Made by a program: the position numbers and the translations under genes
Notes under the pieces: model-generated
What the model was told of the DNA's origin: nothing
Databases searched by the model: none
The model's input: only the letters and a program-made list of their open reading frames with translations
Part shown: positions 28,957 through 30,500 of the stretch, piece by piece
How the letters are laid out: each line of letters opens with the position of its first letter
Numbering within the stretch: position 1 is the first letter of the stretch
NCBI GenBank assembly: GCA_003695605.1
Contig: RFIK01000006.1
Coordinates: 1 to 30,500, forward strand
Length of the DNA: 30,500 nt
Direction: 5' to 3'
From: Chlorobiota bacterium
Lineage (GTDB): Bacteria > Bacteroidota > Ignavibacteria > Kapaibacteriales > NICIL-2

Positions 28957-29697
28957 ATGAAACTCTGGTCAAGAGCCATTGCACTTGCGATGATTGCTAC
29001 TGTTCTTGTTGCTGAACCAGCAAAGCCACAGATGTACCAATGGCAGTGCCCCGGACCAAATGGCGGGTGGGGCTGGCAGGTCCTTGAAGATCGTGATGGG
29101 GATGGACGGTATGACTGGGAAACGCGGCATGAGTGTGACGGTTCGATCTGCGAAGGCCCACTTGGAGTTAGCAACAAACGACAAATTGGGTACTTATCAG
29201 GTTGGGTGTCACTCTCGTTTACGCAGCTTGTTTGCGAGGAATCTGTTCCCAATGGGTGGTCCCTCCGTTTATTCGACACCAACGGTCTTCTCATGGGGAC
29301 AGTTGAGCATTCCTGTTCCGATACAACTGCGAAGCTCATTCTCCCTGAAGTTGTGCCGGAGTCCCTCAAAGGAGCAGACTTTCGAAAACGCCAAGCGCTT
29401 GGCCGATACGCATTCGTATTCGAGAATCTCAGCGCGACATGGAATGCTGCTTCTTCGACGCTTGATGTAACATGCCGTGTCAAAATCCCTCTTCCCTTGA
29501 CACTTCGCGTATTGGAGCGGAATCGTGGGCAAGAGGATCGAGTAATTGCAACGGTCGTTACTCCGCAGCCTGTGGTAGGAGAACGTGTCATTCACGTCCC
29601 AGTACCGCCACTGCATTCTGGGATGTACTACTGGCAAGTGATGGCACCGAATGGATCAGCTGTGACAAGTGTATTTACGATCGAGTCGTTGCGATAA
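28957..29697 (+). CDS. Secreted Cys-rich protein with a divergent T9SS-like CTD (paralog B, 246 aa)
   Basis: Start moved to MKLWSRAIALAM (ATG 28957). The N-terminal domain aligns with paralog A; the C-terminus has LHSGMYYWQV. Confidence 0.85.
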   Translation: MKLWSRAIALAMIATVLVAEPAKPQMYQWQCPGPNGGWGWQVLEDRDGDGRYDWETRHECDGSICEGPLGVSNKRQIGYLSGWVSLSFTQLVCEESVPNGWSLRLFDTNGLLMGTVEHSCSDTTAKLILPEVVPESLKGADFRKRQALGRYAFVFENLSATWNAASSTLDVTCRVKIPLPLTLRVLERNRGQEDRVIATVVTPQPVVGERVIHVPVPPLHSGMYYWQVMAPNGSAVTSVFTIESLR

Positions 29698-29734
29698 ACG
29701 GTTCGGAGAGCCGTGCAAAGTTGTTTCACTAATA

Positions 29735-30050
29735 ATGGTGATTGCCATGTTCATCTTGCTCATTGCTCTCATCTTCTCCTTGTGGCAGTCTGAGTTGAGC
29801 AGAGCCACGCAAATCAACTAACCCCGCGGGCTATGGCTGTTGGGCAGCACCGCCTCATGAACCGGGCTTAGTCAAGTGTGAAGGGAATTGTTCGAGAATC
29901 TGTGCTCTCTGTGAACTCGGTGTGTACGGTGGTGACTATCCAGACCGTCTCGTTCTCTTTGATTCGAATGGTGATCCATCATTTGAATCGCAGTGCCGGT
30001 ACATCATGCCAGCATCCGATGGGAACGGGTTCTTCGTTGAATTGCCTTGA
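29735..30050 (+). pseudogene. Frameshifted small secreted Cys-rich protein (signal peptide and mature domain in different frames)
   Basis: ATG 29735 opens MVIAMFILLIALIFSLWQSELSRATQIN* (stop 29819-29821). The +1 frame is open from 29799 to 30050 with six Cys and no upstream start codon; a hairpin follows its stop. Not in the supplied ORF track. Confidence 0.6.
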
Positions 30051-30055
30051 GTAGC

Positions 30056-30078
30056 AGGGGAGCCGATACGGCTCCCCT
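30056..30078 (+). terminator. Intercistronic GC-rich hairpin
   Basis: Perfect 10-bp stem AGGGGAGCCG-ATA-CGGCTCCCCT, 5 nt after TGA 30050. Confidence 0.7.
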
Positions 30079-30111
30079 CTACCTTTCTTGTCCACTACAT
30101 AGGATAGGTCA

Positions 30112-30500
30112 ATGTACAACCAAATGAATGTGCTGAGCGTAGCTTTTACTCTGTCTTTGCTCTGTTCTTCCGCAGCAGCCGTTGAGCACATCTACACTGA
30201 TTCACTCAGGAATAGCATCGTAATATCAAGTCCTATCATGAAGTCGTTTGTAAGTGGCCATGGTACTGCCGCGCCGATTCATGTTGTGTTCTTTATTTCA
30301 CGCCCCCGTGCGTATATCTATGGCGAAGCCTTAGTTGCGAAAACAATTAGCCAGCTGCAGACGTTGGGATTTGATGGTACAATTACCGTCGTGGTTCGTG
30401 GGAGGAGATACTATGCAGACATTGAGTATGTAAGAAGGCAACGCTGGCTGGCGAGAGTGTACATTGATACGTCGGGAAGGCTGCTGGAAGCTGCGAGGAT
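30112..30500 (+). CDS. Secreted protein with a redoxin-like N-terminal fold lacking CxxC; truncated by window end
   Basis: Translated by hand, open to 30500: MYNQMNVLSVAFTLSLLCSSAAA...IHVVFFISRPRAYIYGEALVAKTISQLQTLGFDGTITVVVRGRRYYADIEYVRRQRWLARVYIDTSGRLLEAAR. The strand-helix-strand-helix pattern suggests a thioredoxin fold (inference). Confidence 0.7.
   Translation, partial: MYNQMNVLSVAFTLSLLCSSAAAVEHIYTDSLRNSIVISSPIMKSFVSGHGTAAPIHVVFFISRPRAYIYGEALVAKTISQLQTLGFDGTITVVVRGRRYYADIEYVRRQRWLARVYIDTSGRLLEAAR

Overview
Bacterial chromosomal window, most likely from an FCB-superphylum organism of the Kapabacteria/Ignavibacteria/Chlorobi side. This placement is an inference from T9SS C-terminal domains, a Bacteroidota-type RNAP omega subunit, TAnnTTTG promoter boxes and Gln after predicted signal peptides. 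The window opens with the 3' part of a 23S rRNA gene, a 5S rRNA gene and a terminator. A small accessory locus follows: a redoxin plus beta-propeller-like protein, a small secreted Cys-containing protein and a (GA)8(GT)15 microsatellite. The middle is mostly housekeeping: hutH, copZ-copA, type II sqr with a Crp-family regulator, an aminotransferase, a T9SS M1 peptidase, rpoZ, coaBC, a secreted pepP, comF, yjbQ, DUF971-hutU, an ECF sigma, idsA-fni, pckA, an orphan OppA-like protein and an NlpC/P60 hydrolase. The last 3.3 kb is the best candidate for an undescribed system. It has a divergent ECF-like sigma factor with a 6-Cys/2-His insert inside sigma region 2, two paralogous secreted proteins sharing an unrecognised disulfide-rich domain, a frameshifted small Cys-rich secreted gene missing from the ORF track, a hairpin, and a redoxin-like gene running off the window. 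That small gene/hairpin/redoxin arrangement is mirrored by the locus next to the rRNA. No database searches were run; all family calls come from motif recognition.
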